DNA of 62,939 nucleotides, the filler included, from Basidioascus undulatus (taxonomy: Eukaryota): the NCBI GenBank assembly GCA_000826855.1. It is 10 parts of 10 records of this genome, joined end to end, with 100 filler letters (N's around TTAATTAATTAA, not from the genome) between each part and the next. Parts side by side here need not be neighbours in the genome. Positions count along the whole stretch, not along the records: positions 31,547 to 54,140 come from JTLS01000294.1; 9 more parts are not named here. One strand, 5' to 3'. The stretch's first letter is position 1. Every line of letters starts with the position of its first letter. A program made the position numbers and the translations under genes. Below are positions 39,519 to 51,919 of this stretch, one piece after another. Below the pieces are notes generated by a model, which saw nothing but the letters and a program-made list of their open reading frames with translations, was not told the origin of the DNA and did not search any database.

Positions 39519-40675
39519 ATGCCATCCCTCATGAAGGAATGGGCACCGCCACCACACCGGACGCCGCTCCCACTCCTCCTTCCCCTCCTCCCTTACTTCC
39601 TCCTCCTCCTCGCACTCGTACCTTCCCCAACTCCCCACATACTCCTCCTGCGCCGCTGGATTTTCTTCCCCGTTATACTTGTCTCCGCCCTCCCGCCACT
39701 CTTGTGGTACACCACACGCGACCCGTGGCTGGACATGACCGTCGGCACGCTGTGCGTCATATCAGCGCTGCGCGCGTCCGACTTCCTCATCCTCTCGGTA
39801 CCTGAGTTCGAGGTGCATCGCGACGGCGAAGTCGGTGCACCGCGGGATGTTTGGGCAAAGGCAAAATGGGCGGCTGACCTCGCGTTGTCGCCCACCGGCG
39901 TGGGGTGGTCCTTCGGCCCTTCCGTGGCACCGCCCATGTCCCACGCCCGCTTCCTGCTTTCCCGCACCCTTCGAATAGTCGGATATATCACAGCAATCTC
40001 CCTCGTTTCAACCTACCTCACCGACCCCGACCTTCCCTTTCTTGCGCAACCTCTGTCCGCTCAGCCACTGCCGCTGCGCCTCGTGCACGGCGCGGTCGTG
40101 GGGGTACTAATATACTCTATGCTCCAAGCTCAACAGCTCACCGTAAGCATACTAGCGGTGGGTACCGGCATTTCACGCCCGGAGAGATGGCTGGAGTACT
40201 TTGGTACCTGGCGTGATTTGCGGGATCTGCGCAGCTTCTGGTCGGCGTTTTGGCACCGCACGCTGAGGAGGGTATGCATTCACTGTCTTTTGGTCAATAT
40301 GGAACAGGCTGAGATCTCCCCCCATTGCTACATCAGGTGTTCGTCTCCCACTCCAAAGCCCTGGCCGCGCTCCTTCCCCGCAACCCCGCCCTCCAGCGCC
40401 TTGTCCGCCTCTGCGTCCCCTTCCTCCTGTCCGGCACAATCCACCTCGCCGGCACTTACGTCGCGTTTGGAAGAGGATGGCGCACATTGGTATTCTTTTC
40501 CGTCCAGCCCATCGGCATTCTGCTGGAGCGCGCCCTCCAATCGTGGATGAGGCCCATCTGGGCGGTGCTGTGGGTCGTGGGGACTGGCGCGTGGGCGCTG
40601 GAGGAGTATGTCCATGGGGACGTGACCACGCATGCCCCAGTGAGCAATTCTTCCCTTCGCAGCATCCGGCTCTAA
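39519..40675 (+). CDS. Membrane-bound O-acyltransferase, MBOAT_2/wax-synthase-like (Tri7-like)
   Basis: Multi-TM ORF with SPTGVGWSFG and FGTW...LRSFWSAFWHRTLRR, intron 40272-40336, then FLLSGTIH (catalytic His) and FFSVQPIGILLE; stop at 40673-40675. Confidence 0.9.
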
Positions 40676-40859
40676 TGACGCTGTGCATATGGCAGCAGAT
40701 TGTGTGCTTCGGTGGGGTTGCGGGCGCTTTGTGGAAGCGGGTTCTATAATATTCTATGACTGTAACACACGAGGTGCAGATGACAATTAGTAATTCATAG
40801 CCATACTTCACTGTAAAGGATCAATACCGGAGATGTGCGGCACAAGTACACACGCGGAG

Positions 40860-40987
40860 TGAGGAACGACGATCGTTGTTTTCGAGGTTGCAATACACAC
40901 TTACAGCTTGGTCGTGGATAAATGAGGAACGACGATCGTTGTTTTCGAGGTTGCAATACACACTTACAGCTTGGTCGTGGATAAATG
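40860..40987. repeat. Perfect 63-bp tandem duplication (2 copies)
   Basis: GAGGAACGACGATCGTTGTTTTCGAGG...GTCGTGGATAAAT starts at 40861 and again at 40924. Confidence 0.95.
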
Positions 40988-41435
40988 CCTGTGTTATAGT
41001 GACTGTATTACTGAATGGAAGCCTCCAGTTCAAAATTCAGCAAAGAGCTTGGTCTAGGTCTTGCGGGGCTGTCCATGACATGTGCTTGGAGAGGCAGTGT
41101 TGCCATGTCGCGCAGTGGGACGGGATACGGTTGTACCGCTGGGAAACTATGTTAATCATGCCAGTAAAGCCTACTTGGTTTTAGAATGATCTGAGCCACT
41201 GATCTGGCATGTGCCTCCAGGAACATAAAAAAGCAGAGCGTGCGTCGAGAGTCACACACTGCCGGGCACGGTGCAGTTCGCGCACATCCCCGCAAATAGC
41301 CATCAAGTCGTTGACCAGACTGAAAGGAGAGGTAGTATTGAATTAGGCGATTAATCGGTGACAGATACGCAGAGACTCCAACCGATCCTCGTTCCGCACT
41401 GGGACCAGATGCCCAATCCAGGCAGAATGGGCATA

Positions 41436-42459
41436 TCACGCGGATTTGGGTGCCAGGAAGCTCCCTCTGCGAGCGGTCTCCTCCAGCTCGAGCTCCAGAA
41501 TGTTAGTTTTGTGTGGTGTCAGCCATCCGAGTCAGGAATCAACGTTTCGAGAAAGAGCCGCACTGGTTCTGGCCAAGCTGACACGGCGTGCAACAAAACG
41601 CCGCGCCTGAGAACAAGGAGAATCAAACACGTTAGGCGTGGGCGAAAGCGAGGATGAGGCAATGAATACAACGCACAGCAATCACTGCACCCATCACCGT
41701 GGATGCGATAATGTTTGCGGACTCGCCGCGGTTCATGAACGGAAGAATCCAGCCGGCGCCGAAGCAACAGGTGATGAGACAGTGGATCCAGGCTACCAGC
41801 AAACCGTTTGTACCCGTCAGTACTTCATAAATATGCCTCTCGACAATAAGCCCAACATGGCGAAAGAGTCCAGTCCACGCACTGTCAGACCCGCACGACT
41901 CGCCGCCATCGGGATGGGGTGGTTCGTGTGCTGGAGGTGCTGGAGACGGGTGCGGACTTGACCGTAGGCGATACAAGGGCAGCTGTTGAACTCCTTCAAT
42001 TGAAAAGTCTGAGTTTGGGATTGGAAATTGAGACGTACCACGAGGAGAGGAAGCAAAACCCGGGGTCTTCCGAAGCACGAGCAGAACCCGTTTTACTCCC
42101 GTTCGTCCTTAGCATCCCAAGGTCTGTCAGCAGCGTTAAGCGGACTGTTTGAGTAGTGCTGTCAGTTCCATATCTCCTGCCCAGCAAGTGATAAGGAGGT
42201 CCGATGCGCACTTGAACTGCATTCCCTCAATCGTTGCCACTGGCTGCTGCGTAATCAACCCACCCTGCCCGCGGGTCGTTATGCGCCTGATGTGCGAGCA
42301 CTGGGGCTGGAGGGGAGGGGTACGGGAGGACTGCAGAGGCGAAGGTTGCGACAGTGCAGACTCTTGCGGGGCGGCTTGGTGCGAGGAAGACTGGTACGTG
42401 GGCGATCCGGGAGGGCCGGACGGGTCGGGAGGCGAGTAGAGCTGCTTCTCGTATGACAT
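41436..42459 (-). pseudogene. PLAC8-family (PCR/cadmium-resistance-like) Cys-rich membrane protein, frameshifted
   Basis: CFLSSW-CPCIAYGQVRTRLQHL, (H)PDGGESCGSD, MNRGE(V)RKHYRIHGDGCSDC, CCTPCQLGQ and ELELEE. Single-base deletions near 41915 and 41722 are needed to join these motifs. Confidence 0.8.
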
Positions 42460-43972
42460 CTCGATGGTCGAGGCTTCGTGGATGTGAAGAGATTGGAAGA
42501 GACGCGAGACGTAGGTTATTGGGTAGACTGCGTCGATATTATGCAGGCGAGAAGCGACCCGGAACGGGCTTTTTGTCTCCTCAATCTCCTCCAGCACGGT
42601 CGCATACTTGTGCATTGCCAAGGACAGGCACAGCCCCACCAGCAGTCACAGACTTCGACGCAAATAACGTGAACTAGCGTCGGGGAGGGCCCAAGTACGC
42701 CGAATGGCAGATGGCATCTTGTGGCATCGCTTACAGGGTGCATAGTGCGATTGCTACATCGCTTGACAAGCACAGTCTCTCAGACGGCCTAAGGTACTCA
42801 GGGGTATCGATATTGCTTTTCTGGCGCCCGCTTCAGATGTTAAATATTGGGAACGTACAGTGCTTAGTTTCAGCATCCTTCCCTATCACACAATGTCCTG
42901 GATCCCTCCGAGCCTACAACCACCTGCTGCGCCCAGGCCGCAGCAGACACGGTTCGGTGTGCGGGGATCAGCGGAAACGCCGCCGGTGAGTCGAACCTTT
43001 TTTGTAGACGTATATGGGCGTATGTGTTTGTATCATGTCGGTCAACCTATTTCCATACATCGCTCTGAGATGTGAAGGTCTATCGTCTCATTGATCGAGA
43101 CTCACCCGCCCGCGAAGACTGTACCGGCGTCGTAAGTTCAGTTTTTGTTCCGAGCTCTCGCAGAGCTGTTTGATGGTTAGTCCAAAAAATGTGGAAAAGC
43201 ACTACTGACAGGAACGCAGGAAAGGATAGCCAAGGCAGAACAACTACGTCTAGGAGTCAACAGTCGTTGCATACGGATCCCGCACATCCACCGATGAAAG
43301 CTCCCCTTCAGCTGGCGGGGGATGGGTGCCAGTGCGGAATTGCCGCAGCCAATCAGTTACTGTATACCGCGCATCACCATGTCTGATACATGGGAGGCGG
43401 CGGAACTTTACCAGACGGTGATTCTGTTCAGAGGCTGGAGAACCTCGTTGGAAAGATACACCCCCTCGTGCTAGTGTGCTGAGGCACCGCATGATGCTTC
43501 TCTTGGCGTTTCCGAGCAAAACTTTTTTGTGCGTGGAAAAACTACCTCAAAGTTCGGCAACAGCAAGAACATACAGACCGTGATTGAGACCTGTAAGGGT
43601 CGCGTGACGGCTGGCAAGCCAAACGCGGCGGACCCTTTCTCACCCTAATCCCACCGCCTTGACACTGTGTACAGACATTGCTGAAGGGATATCTTTCAGG
43701 GGTATTTTTTTCGAGAGCTACATCTCCAGATCCATTTTCATGCAGACATGACCGGGCAGATAATGGAACATCGCAGTGCTAGTTCCCAACATCTGTGCAC
43801 TTGCCCTCCGCCGGGCCCGCCAAAGAGTTCGGGCATACTCAGTCTTGACTGGGATTAGCGTGTACGACCAGCTTGGCAGGCCTTGTGCCCAACATGTTCC
43901 CCGCTTTCCCCAAGGCTTCGAAAGAGTCGATCCGGGACACAGCGATGAGCGTGGAATCTGCGTCCCTCCCGC

Positions 43973-43980
43973 TATATAAG
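43973..43980 (+). promoter_or_regulatory. Putative TATA box
   Basis: TATATAAG about 90 bp upstream of the ATG at 44065. Confidence 0.5.
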
Positions 43981-44064
43981 AGAGGGGAGTACGAAAGAAT
44001 ATGTACCGTGATTTTTCTCCAAGCTTATGCTTGCTCAACCAGACTACCGTTTTCCAAACGCATA

Positions 44065-44842
44065 ATGGCTCCCGCTCGCTCCACCATTCTTGTCGCTTTG
44101 GTCGCATGCCTTGGAGCCTGTTCGTACCCTGTCGCTGCAGTTCAATCAAACACAGTGAGCTAACAGACCCATTTCTTGATTCCCCAGCATATTCCGTCGC
44201 GACTTCCGTCGAGGCGCTCACTTCCGTCGAAACGCTCGACCTGCTTCGCCGGGTGGGCCAGTCCAGCCGCGGTTCTGTTCTGTTCGAGCGGCAGTCGGTA
44301 GGTTGCACGGACGAGTGCAGCGCGGAGCAGCACTCGGCCCTGAATGTGGGTAATATATCTATATATTCTACGCAATATTGCTTGGATTAATCATCCCTTC
44401 ATACGAGCAGGACTGCGTGGGCGAGTCGATCGGCGAAGTCGACCCAAGCTGTGTCTGCGAGTGGGCACTGGGCGGCGACAACAAAGCTTGCGTGGACTGC
44501 CTCTTGCCACTGGCGGGCATGGACCGTAAGTTTCCCTCCTTTTGTATACTTGGTTCACATTGTTAATGGGGGACCTGGAACCACCCTTCAGCTTCCATTA
44601 TGGAGTCAGCTTGCAAGGACATGGGCGATGTGACGTCGTACTCGGCGAGCATTCCCATCGCCACCCAACCCTCAACCGCTACGTCGGGTGCTTCTTCGAG
44701 CTCCTCTACTGAATCCTCGACATCAGCGGCCCAGGGCAGCGACTTAGCCGGTAACGCCGGTAACGGCGATAATGGCGTTCCGTCTCTCAGCGGCTCGCTG
44801 ACGCTGGCTGTTGCGGTCGCAGTCGGCGTTTCGTCTTTCTGA
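44065..44842 (+). CDS. Small secreted GPI-anchored 8-Cys (CFEM-like) cell-surface protein, 4 exons
   Basis: Signal peptide MAPARSTILVALVACLGA; spliced CTDEC...DC...DPSCVC...ACVDC...SAC; Ser/Thr-rich stalk; hydrophobic C-terminus GSLTLAVAVAVGVSSF*. Confidence 0.75.
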
Positions 44843-45306
44843 AGTCTTGGTCCTGGACTACTTTGCTTGTGGACTTTAGCGTTCTATTTTACTTTAGCTA
44901 TCGGGACTTTGAAGATAGTGCGATTTTGATACGCTTTCCGCATATCTGAAATGCATTGAAGTCTGGCATCGAATGCGCGTGGGCACTGATGCGGGGGCTC
45001 TCGACCTCTGGGTGTCACCAAGAGTGCAAACTCCGGATAAAAAAGCAGTGAAATTGAAGAGCTCTATTTTCATCCGGTTTGTGGTATATTGCAAACTACT
45101 GACTTGCTTGCAGCAAGGTGAGTGGTGTCGAAGTCGAGCCTGAGTGCACTTGAAGCAGTACAAGGTTCGTAGGGGTCCTCAAAAATTCGTTGCGTTCTTC
45201 GACAACAAGTTAGAAAAGTTATCGTGCTTGAACGAACCGTCAGTCAAAGCACGATAATAGATCAGAGAGGGCGGCAGACGATGCTTCGAGTACCAAATGA
45301 CGATGC

Positions 45307-46543
45307 TCAGACGCTGGCACCAGCGTCTACACAGACACCAGCATCTACACAGACAACCATATGATCCTTCCGCACCGCCTCAAACTCAAACATCTCCCAG
45401 TCCCGCAGTTCGAGCTTGAACGAAGCGCCCAGCCCGACGTGCTTGAGGGAGGGCATCTTCAACGCGAGCTCCTCGGCCTGCTGCCGCCGCTCCTCCCTTG
45501 AAAGCACCTTGAAGCTGCGGACTTTGTCGTCGTACGCGGCTCGAATCCGGGCGACGCCGGCGTCGTGCTCCGCCCGGCGCACCTCGTCGGGCCGAGGGTC
45601 CTCCGGCGCGTAGTAGTGGAAGTTGTCGACGCGCAGTGCGGAAGGCTCCTCGGGGACGTCGAGAGAAGTGGGAGGGGTGATGCGAAGGGTTTTGAAACGG
45701 GTAAGAACCCGCTCGAATTCTCCTAAGATACCGGCCTGAGAATGGGGACGCGTTGCGTTGTGAGCAACGAGGGGCAGCATTCCCCCGTTCCGCCGGGCGT
45801 ACCATTGAAAGAGACACCTCAAAGACTTCGCTATCGATACGCAAAACCTCCAAATTGGGCATCAACCGCCACGGCGTGAGGAATGAGTACGGGCCGAGAT
45901 TGTAGCCGGCGTTGATCAGGAAGCGAGATTCAGTGCTAACACTAAGCGATCGAAGGGCGGGAATCTCGTCTCGAAATCCGTCCAGGAGCGTCGATATCTC
46001 GGAATCGCTTCGAGGGAACAGTTCCAAGTGAGTGAGCTTGGGACAGCGGGCGAGGCGAGACGATATGTCGACAATCGGAGCGTCAGGTACGTTGTAGCTC
46101 TGTGTGCGACGCGTTCGCGTGTATCGAACCCATTCGACGTTTGTCGCCGAAGGAAGAACGTCGTAAGGCAAGAAAGCGCTTCTTCCGGCTTTCGGATGGA
46201 GGTCACGTCCACCCAGAGCCACCTGCGACCGCGACCCCTCCATCAGTCTCGAAGCGATCGAACTGTGGCGGGGGCAGCGCATTTACACTCACCGCACAAT
46301 TCTCAGATGCCCGCTTTCAACCACCGAGTCCACATGTGCTCGGCTTTTGACCTCAACGAACTCCCATAACGCTGGATGCGCGAGCTCGTGAACCGAGCGA
46401 CTGGCCAAGCAGAGAGCCGCCAGAGCGCGATAGGTCTCAGACGGTGGGGGCTGGCCGGCGTCGAAAGCAGCCTTAAGCTCGGCATGCAGGACGAACACGA
46501 TCGAAAGTATGACTTCGGGAGGGATGAACGGGCGGGGGGACAT
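45307..46543 (-). pseudogene. F-box/LRR-like protein with probable frameshift
   Basis: F-box-like IPPEVILSIV...LAALCLASRSVHELAHPALW; LRR-like CPKLTHLEL, PALRSLSV, PNLEVLRI and PSLKHVGL. The intron near 45804-45737 restores one frame change, but a further 1-nt shift is needed near 46165. Confidence 0.65.
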
Positions 46544-46679
46544 GGGGACTTGATGGCGGCAGGAAGAAAGGAAAGGACACGGTCTTGGCGTACATCTATC
46601 ACGACCTACTCACATATGCGACAGCTTGGCGGCTACCCTTCGAGTCATCCTTGGTTCCCATCCACGACCATCCATCTCC

Positions 46680-47787
46680 TTCATTTCGCTGACCGTACGC
46701 TCTCTCTCCTTCCGATCGACATTTGGCGTACATCTTCGAGTTCGCGACGCTTGGGAGCATCAATCACGGCCATGCGGTGAGAAATGTGGGCGCGTTGATC
46801 GCGCTCGTGTGCAGGTCGTTGCATGTGAGTGGTCCTTTGATCTGAATGAGGTCGAGCACGAGTAACTTACGGAGGTGTGTCTGATAATCCGAAGATCAGA
46901 GCCTTCCCGGCTATCGCTCGATCTTGCTCAGCGGCGAGAACAACATCGAAGCATTCCACCGTCTCGCGCTCCGACTTTAGGCGGCGGGGCGTCAACCCCT
47001 CATTCACGTTCGATCGATCGTCGTGTCCGCTTTCCAGAGGAACACCGTGTCCTTCACGAATCTCGATGGCAGTCTCGTTCCAGAGCTGATCTCTCTCACT
47101 CGGCGAATGGAATTCGTGTCGTTCACAGGCACTGCGGTCGGACTCAGGACGATGGAGGCCCTCGCCAGTAAGGCAATCCGTACACTTCACCGTCTGGCCG
47201 TCAGCATCGATGATAACCGGCCTGGATGTCTAGTAGAACTTCCCCACTTCGTTGAGCTTTGAACACTGACCTGCATCGTGGACTCGATATTCGGCTCCAG
47301 TTTAGCCATGTCAGGCCTCGCACCCTTCAAGCTACCCAAGCTGTCCAAACTTGATTTCAATGGCACCAGTTCGGAGCGATACTCTCCGACACCGACGAGG
47401 AAACCGTCCGAAACTGCTTCGCCCGGCATGGCCCCGGCCTGCGCCTTCTCAGGCCCAATATCCCAAATGGTTTAATTCCGGTAGCCTTCGCCCTCTGTCC
47501 TGCTCTACAGTCCCTGCTTATTCGGCAGTGATGGTCGACGCTCTTCGAGGCTCTTTCGCCCTCGCTCGTTGAGATTGAGTTTTTCTGCCACCCCCATGTC
47601 GATAATGTTGGCGGAAATCAATGCCTTGAGTCGCATTGACCATCCGACCTTACGCCGCGTAACGTTCTTCTTCTATAGGAGGGAGATCTCGCAGCGGATT
47701 ACGGAAGAATCTGACCTTAATCTCGCTGGCATCAACTTAGTTACGAATATGCTCAACTATACATACATGCGCTTCATGAGCTTATAG
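46680..47787 (+). pseudogene. F-box/LRR-like protein, disrupted
   Basis: LSLLPIDIW/AYIFEF...ALVCRSLH with a 1-nt deletion near 46725; in-frame stops TAG 46978-46980 and TGA 47260-47262; LRR-like LPKLSKLDF and HPTLRRVTF. Confidence 0.7.
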
Positions 47788-49461
47788 TCTACCAAACGAT
47801 GGGCTATTGTACATGTTGCCTGCCAGTCAGAGCCATTCGGTTCAACCCCCGCCAGTCTTTTCGCTTGCCCCCGACTGACCCGACGTAGACTTCGGCAAGG
47901 CACGCTTGCCAGACTCGCCCTTGCCCCGCCGCCCGACCTGCCGCACAACCCTCCCGGTCTGTGCCCCGCCGACGTCCCTGGACGGCGCTTTGCGTTCCCC
48001 CGCCGGCGTCATTTCAGTTCTGCCACCAGCACAGTTCGTAAGTGTCAAACGTCTTGCAGAAGCTCACCGCTTCAGAACAAAACCCACCTTGAATGGCTGC
48101 CCTTCGCCTGGGCCTTACGTTTCGCCGAGATCTTGGCAGACGACGACAGCCACCACGCGACAGCAGGCGGACTGCCAGGCGGGGTCGTGGTGCTGCTCTT
48201 GAAGCGGTACGATGCCAGCGCGGCGGGAGTGACGCCGCGCTGGTATGGGGGCGTCTGAGGGCGGTGGGCGCTCGGGAGATTGCTGGTGCGGCGCTTCTTC
48301 GGCGAAACGGAGGCGTCGCGCTCAGTCGGCGCTTCCGGGTGAGGACGTTTCGCACCGGGGGGACGAGAGGTTGTTGGAAGAGCCTCGGACGGGGGAGAGG
48401 AGAGATCTGGGCGATTGCCGAAGAAAGTTAGTTCAGCACCCAGTGCATGAGTTCAAATATAACTTGGGCAGAAAGCAGCCTCCAGCTTACCATCGAGAAC
48501 GTATGGTCCTAGCAGCAGCTTGCGTCCCGCCTCCGAGGAGTCGTCGATCCACTGGGCGTCGAAAACCTTAAATTTTACCAAATCAGACCCAATCCCAAAA
48601 AGGTTCTTCAAAGGAGCTGAACCCACGACGATCGGCCGGCTCCTCAAACTGCGGGACACGAGAATGCAGCGCACAGTGTCAGGATCAGCGTCCCGTAAGA
48701 CGGTTACGAAAGCAGTATACCCCCACGCACCTAGACAGTGCAGAGTCACTCTTTCCGGTACAGAAGAACCACGCCGCGCGAAGCTGGTTCTCCCCAGGCG
48801 CGAGGATGTACCCGCCGTGCTTCTCTGTTGACCCACAGCGTGAGCGTGCGTTCTCGTTAGCACGCTCAGAGTGGATAGCACTTTCAGGAGGGTACAGGTA
48901 CTCCACTGGCGCTTTGTCTCGATGGGAACGGAGGGCGAGAACCAGGCTGGGATGCCGGATGGGAGAATCAGCGACCCGCTGGGCGCGGTGGACGCGGTGG
49001 CGTTTCAGAATTGGGACAGACCGAGGCCGGAGAAGGGGTCCCCATCAAGCGTCGGTGGGAGATGCATTGTAAGTCGAGCGTAGATGACGATGCTGGAGAG
49101 CAGGCACAGGGGGTTTGGATGCTGCCAGGCGGGCGTGAGTATGAGCGTGATGGGCTGACGGAAAGAAGGGAGGAAAGCAAGAAATGACCAGCGACTCACG
49201 GGCCGTCCTCGCCGTACATGCGCTCATTACGTTCTTCGCGCCGTCAGGAAGCATGAGATTGGTGAAACTTACAACAGTTCGAGCACCCATTGCTGATATA
49301 GGCAGCGCCCCGAATATGGCGTACGCTGACACCGCGAAATCGCCTCATTCAAATGCTATCAGACGAAGCCCGAGCCTGCACAGGCATTTCTCCGCTCATG
49401 GAATCGCACGCGGATCATCATATCAAAGGCATGCTCCCTCCCCAATTCCGCATTGCCCCGT

Positions 49462-51362
49462 CTACTTCTGGCCCACCACGAGCGCGGCGCTCGGGACGAG
49501 CCCGAGCTCCTTGAGCGTCTTGCCCATCTCACCGTCGGTGAACGTCTTGCTGTATACCAACAAGAATGTGAGCAAGGAAACTGGGTCGACTGTGAGCCGG
49601 GGGAATGAGAAACTTAAGACGCACCGTGGGAAAATCGTGGAGAAGGTGATCGAGCCGACATCGTAGTCAAGGCTTTGGGACGCGACATACTCGGCGAGGT
49701 TGGTGAGCGCTGAGGGAGGGCACCATGCAGTCGGGTCGGGCTACACAACGCACGAGGAGGGGAGGGATGGAAAGACGCACTGTTGTCCGCTGGCAGGGTG
49801 GTGACCAAGTTCCCGCCGGGGGTCCTGACCTGTTCCCAGCAACAGCAACCGACCGCATCGCATAAGAGCTCTGCCCGCGTACTCAGTCCCCCCCATCTCC
49901 CTCCGGGCTCAAACGCACCTGTAGCCTTGCGTCCTTCCACTCTCCCTTCACCGCAGGCGCCTTGGCCGGTGCAGCCGGCGCGGGCGCGGACAAGCCCTCG
50001 GCCGCGTCCGGATTGCGGCCCTCGCGCAGCGCCTTCTCGCGTGCGGCCCGCGCGGCGCGCTCCTTCTTGTCCGCTTCGATCTGCGCCTTGATGGCCGCCT
50101 TGGCTTTGGCGTCCTCGATCTTCTCTGCGGTGGGGGTGCGATTGGGATAGTCAGCGTTGCGCCCCAAGGGAACGGGAATGGCTCGAGAAAGGAGGGGGAA
50201 GAGGGAGTGGGTACCTTTCCTACGCTGCGCCGCCTCGCGCTCGAGCTCCTTCTTCTTCCTGCAGGAACCCTGATATCAGTCACCTGCGCAACGATAGTCA
50301 TACGAAGTCGAAAAGACACACATCTCCTCCTTGATCGAGATCGATTCCTGCGCGTTCCAAACACGCACAACGCGGTTTCAAATACGCCTCACCCGTAAGA
50401 TCTTCTAGGTCCCATACCCGTCGAATGCCCCAGCCAGGCCAGGATTCTCCGCACGCACCTGACCCCGCTTGCGCCTCAGCAGCTCGTTCGACCTGCTGTC
50501 CACCTTGTCCTGCTCCGCCTGCTTCGCGCGCTTCTCCGCCATCTTGGCCCGCAGCTCCTCGAGCTTGGCCTTCTTCTCCTCCTCCGTGAGCGGCTTGATC
50601 TGTGTCCGGCCGCCCCAACACCCGAAGCAACATCAGCTGCGAGACTTCGGCGAAAGCATCCTCCTTCTTTCTAGTAGAGCGAATAGCGTGCGTAGAGGAC
50701 ACACGCACCTCCTCCGTAGACTCCGAGAAGTTCGTGTGCCCCGACTTCTCGGCGTGGAAGCTCGCGAGCGCATTGTTGCGGAACTGCTTGCCGCAGTCGT
50801 CGCACCTCAAGCTCTGACCGCAGTAGACCACCACAGCACCACCAAGCAGCGTCAGCGAGCGCGCTCATTCCCCTCGAGGAAAAGAGCCGCCGCGTGCGTG
50901 CGCCCGTCTCCGACTCGCGAGACCCTCGTCCCCGGCGCATCAGCAGCGGCGCGAAGGAGGATGGGATAGGCAGGAAGAGGTGCACCTTGGCCTCGGCTTC
51001 TTGGGAGATGTTCGCGGTAACCGCCGCACGGTCTTCGTCGTCCATGTCGCCGTTGCGCGAGGCGGCACCTTGGGCGGACGGGTCCGGAACGGGCTCCTCG
51101 GAGTGCGCGAGGAGGTGGTCCATCGCTGCGCGATCCGCCGTGTGAGCACACCTCATCTCGCCCTCTCATGCATGTGGAAGAACAGCCGCACCAGGCTGAA
51201 GCCCCGCATTCTTCGTAGCTATAGTAGCACGCCCGCATCCCAGCGTTCAGCGCGCAGGTGGACCAAGGGGCAGTAACACTGAGCACGAGACGGACCTTTG
51301 AGCGCCCAGTCCACCCTCGCATCCTCGAAGCCCATCTCCAGCAGCGATTTGCGGTCGGACAT
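49462..51362 (-). CDS. UBA - C2H2 zinc finger - coiled coil - UBX protein (UBXN1/SAKS1-like Cdc48 cofactor)
   Basis: ATG at 51362; LLEMGF..ARVDWALKATKNAGLQPAMDHL (UBA); SLRCDDCGKQFRNNALASFHAEKSGH; IKPLTEEEKKAKLEELR; ARLQVR...FP.KTF...TLKELGLVPSAALVV (UBX). The exons I checked splice in frame. Confidence 0.93.
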
Positions 51363-51919
51363 TCTGTCTAAATTATACGCGTGGAATTGGTGAAGTGTTG
51401 ATCAGGTAAAGTGCTGGTGCTGATCGTCGTCGTTGTCCAAGTTGCTCTAAGAGAGGCGTTTCCGCGACCGCGTGCGTCATCTTGAGGGCCCGGGGGCCTC
51501 GGATAGACCGCGGGCACTCGCAGTGGCTTTCAAATGCAATGGCATCGCAGAACACGTAACTCCTGTGCAAATCTGAATATTACTGCAGCTCGCGATTAGT
51601 TTTAGCAAGGCCATTGTGCCGACCTGGTTGCCTGACTGCAGGACACGTCCAACGCGGCGGCGTCAGCGAGCTCGAGATTGATACAGGGCGCGGTTTCGCC
51701 TCACCCTCCTGCCGCACTCAAAGCCCTCTTCGAACCAGGCATAAGTTCACCGCCGGAAATAACACACAGGCCTGCGTTCTTGTTCCTGATTCTCCCTCGC
51801 ACATAAACCGCTCATCCCTCGTGCCTGCGTTCCCCTCCCTGTCCCTCTTCTGTTTCCCAACCTCTTTGTGTCCCCTTCGCTGTGCTCTGGCAGCCAACTC
51901 ACAAACACTTGCTTCAGCT

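Noticed and set aside
40860..40987. CRISPR array
   Set aside because: Two directly adjacent copies, no spacers, no cas genes, and a eukaryotic context.
45737..45804. Frame change between ORFs 45386-46282 and 45307-45822 as a frameshift
   Set aside because: It is explained by a GTACGC...CTCAC...CAG intron that joins the two frames.
13282..47262. Stop-codon reassignment or readthrough explaining the in-frame TAG/TGA codons
   Set aside because: Intact genes here end normally with TAG, TGA and TAA, and most of the disrupted genes also carry frameshifts.
48014..49332. Minus-strand exon-like pieces as a gene
   Set aside because: They contain stops, match no family I recognise, and I could not assemble a consistent model.
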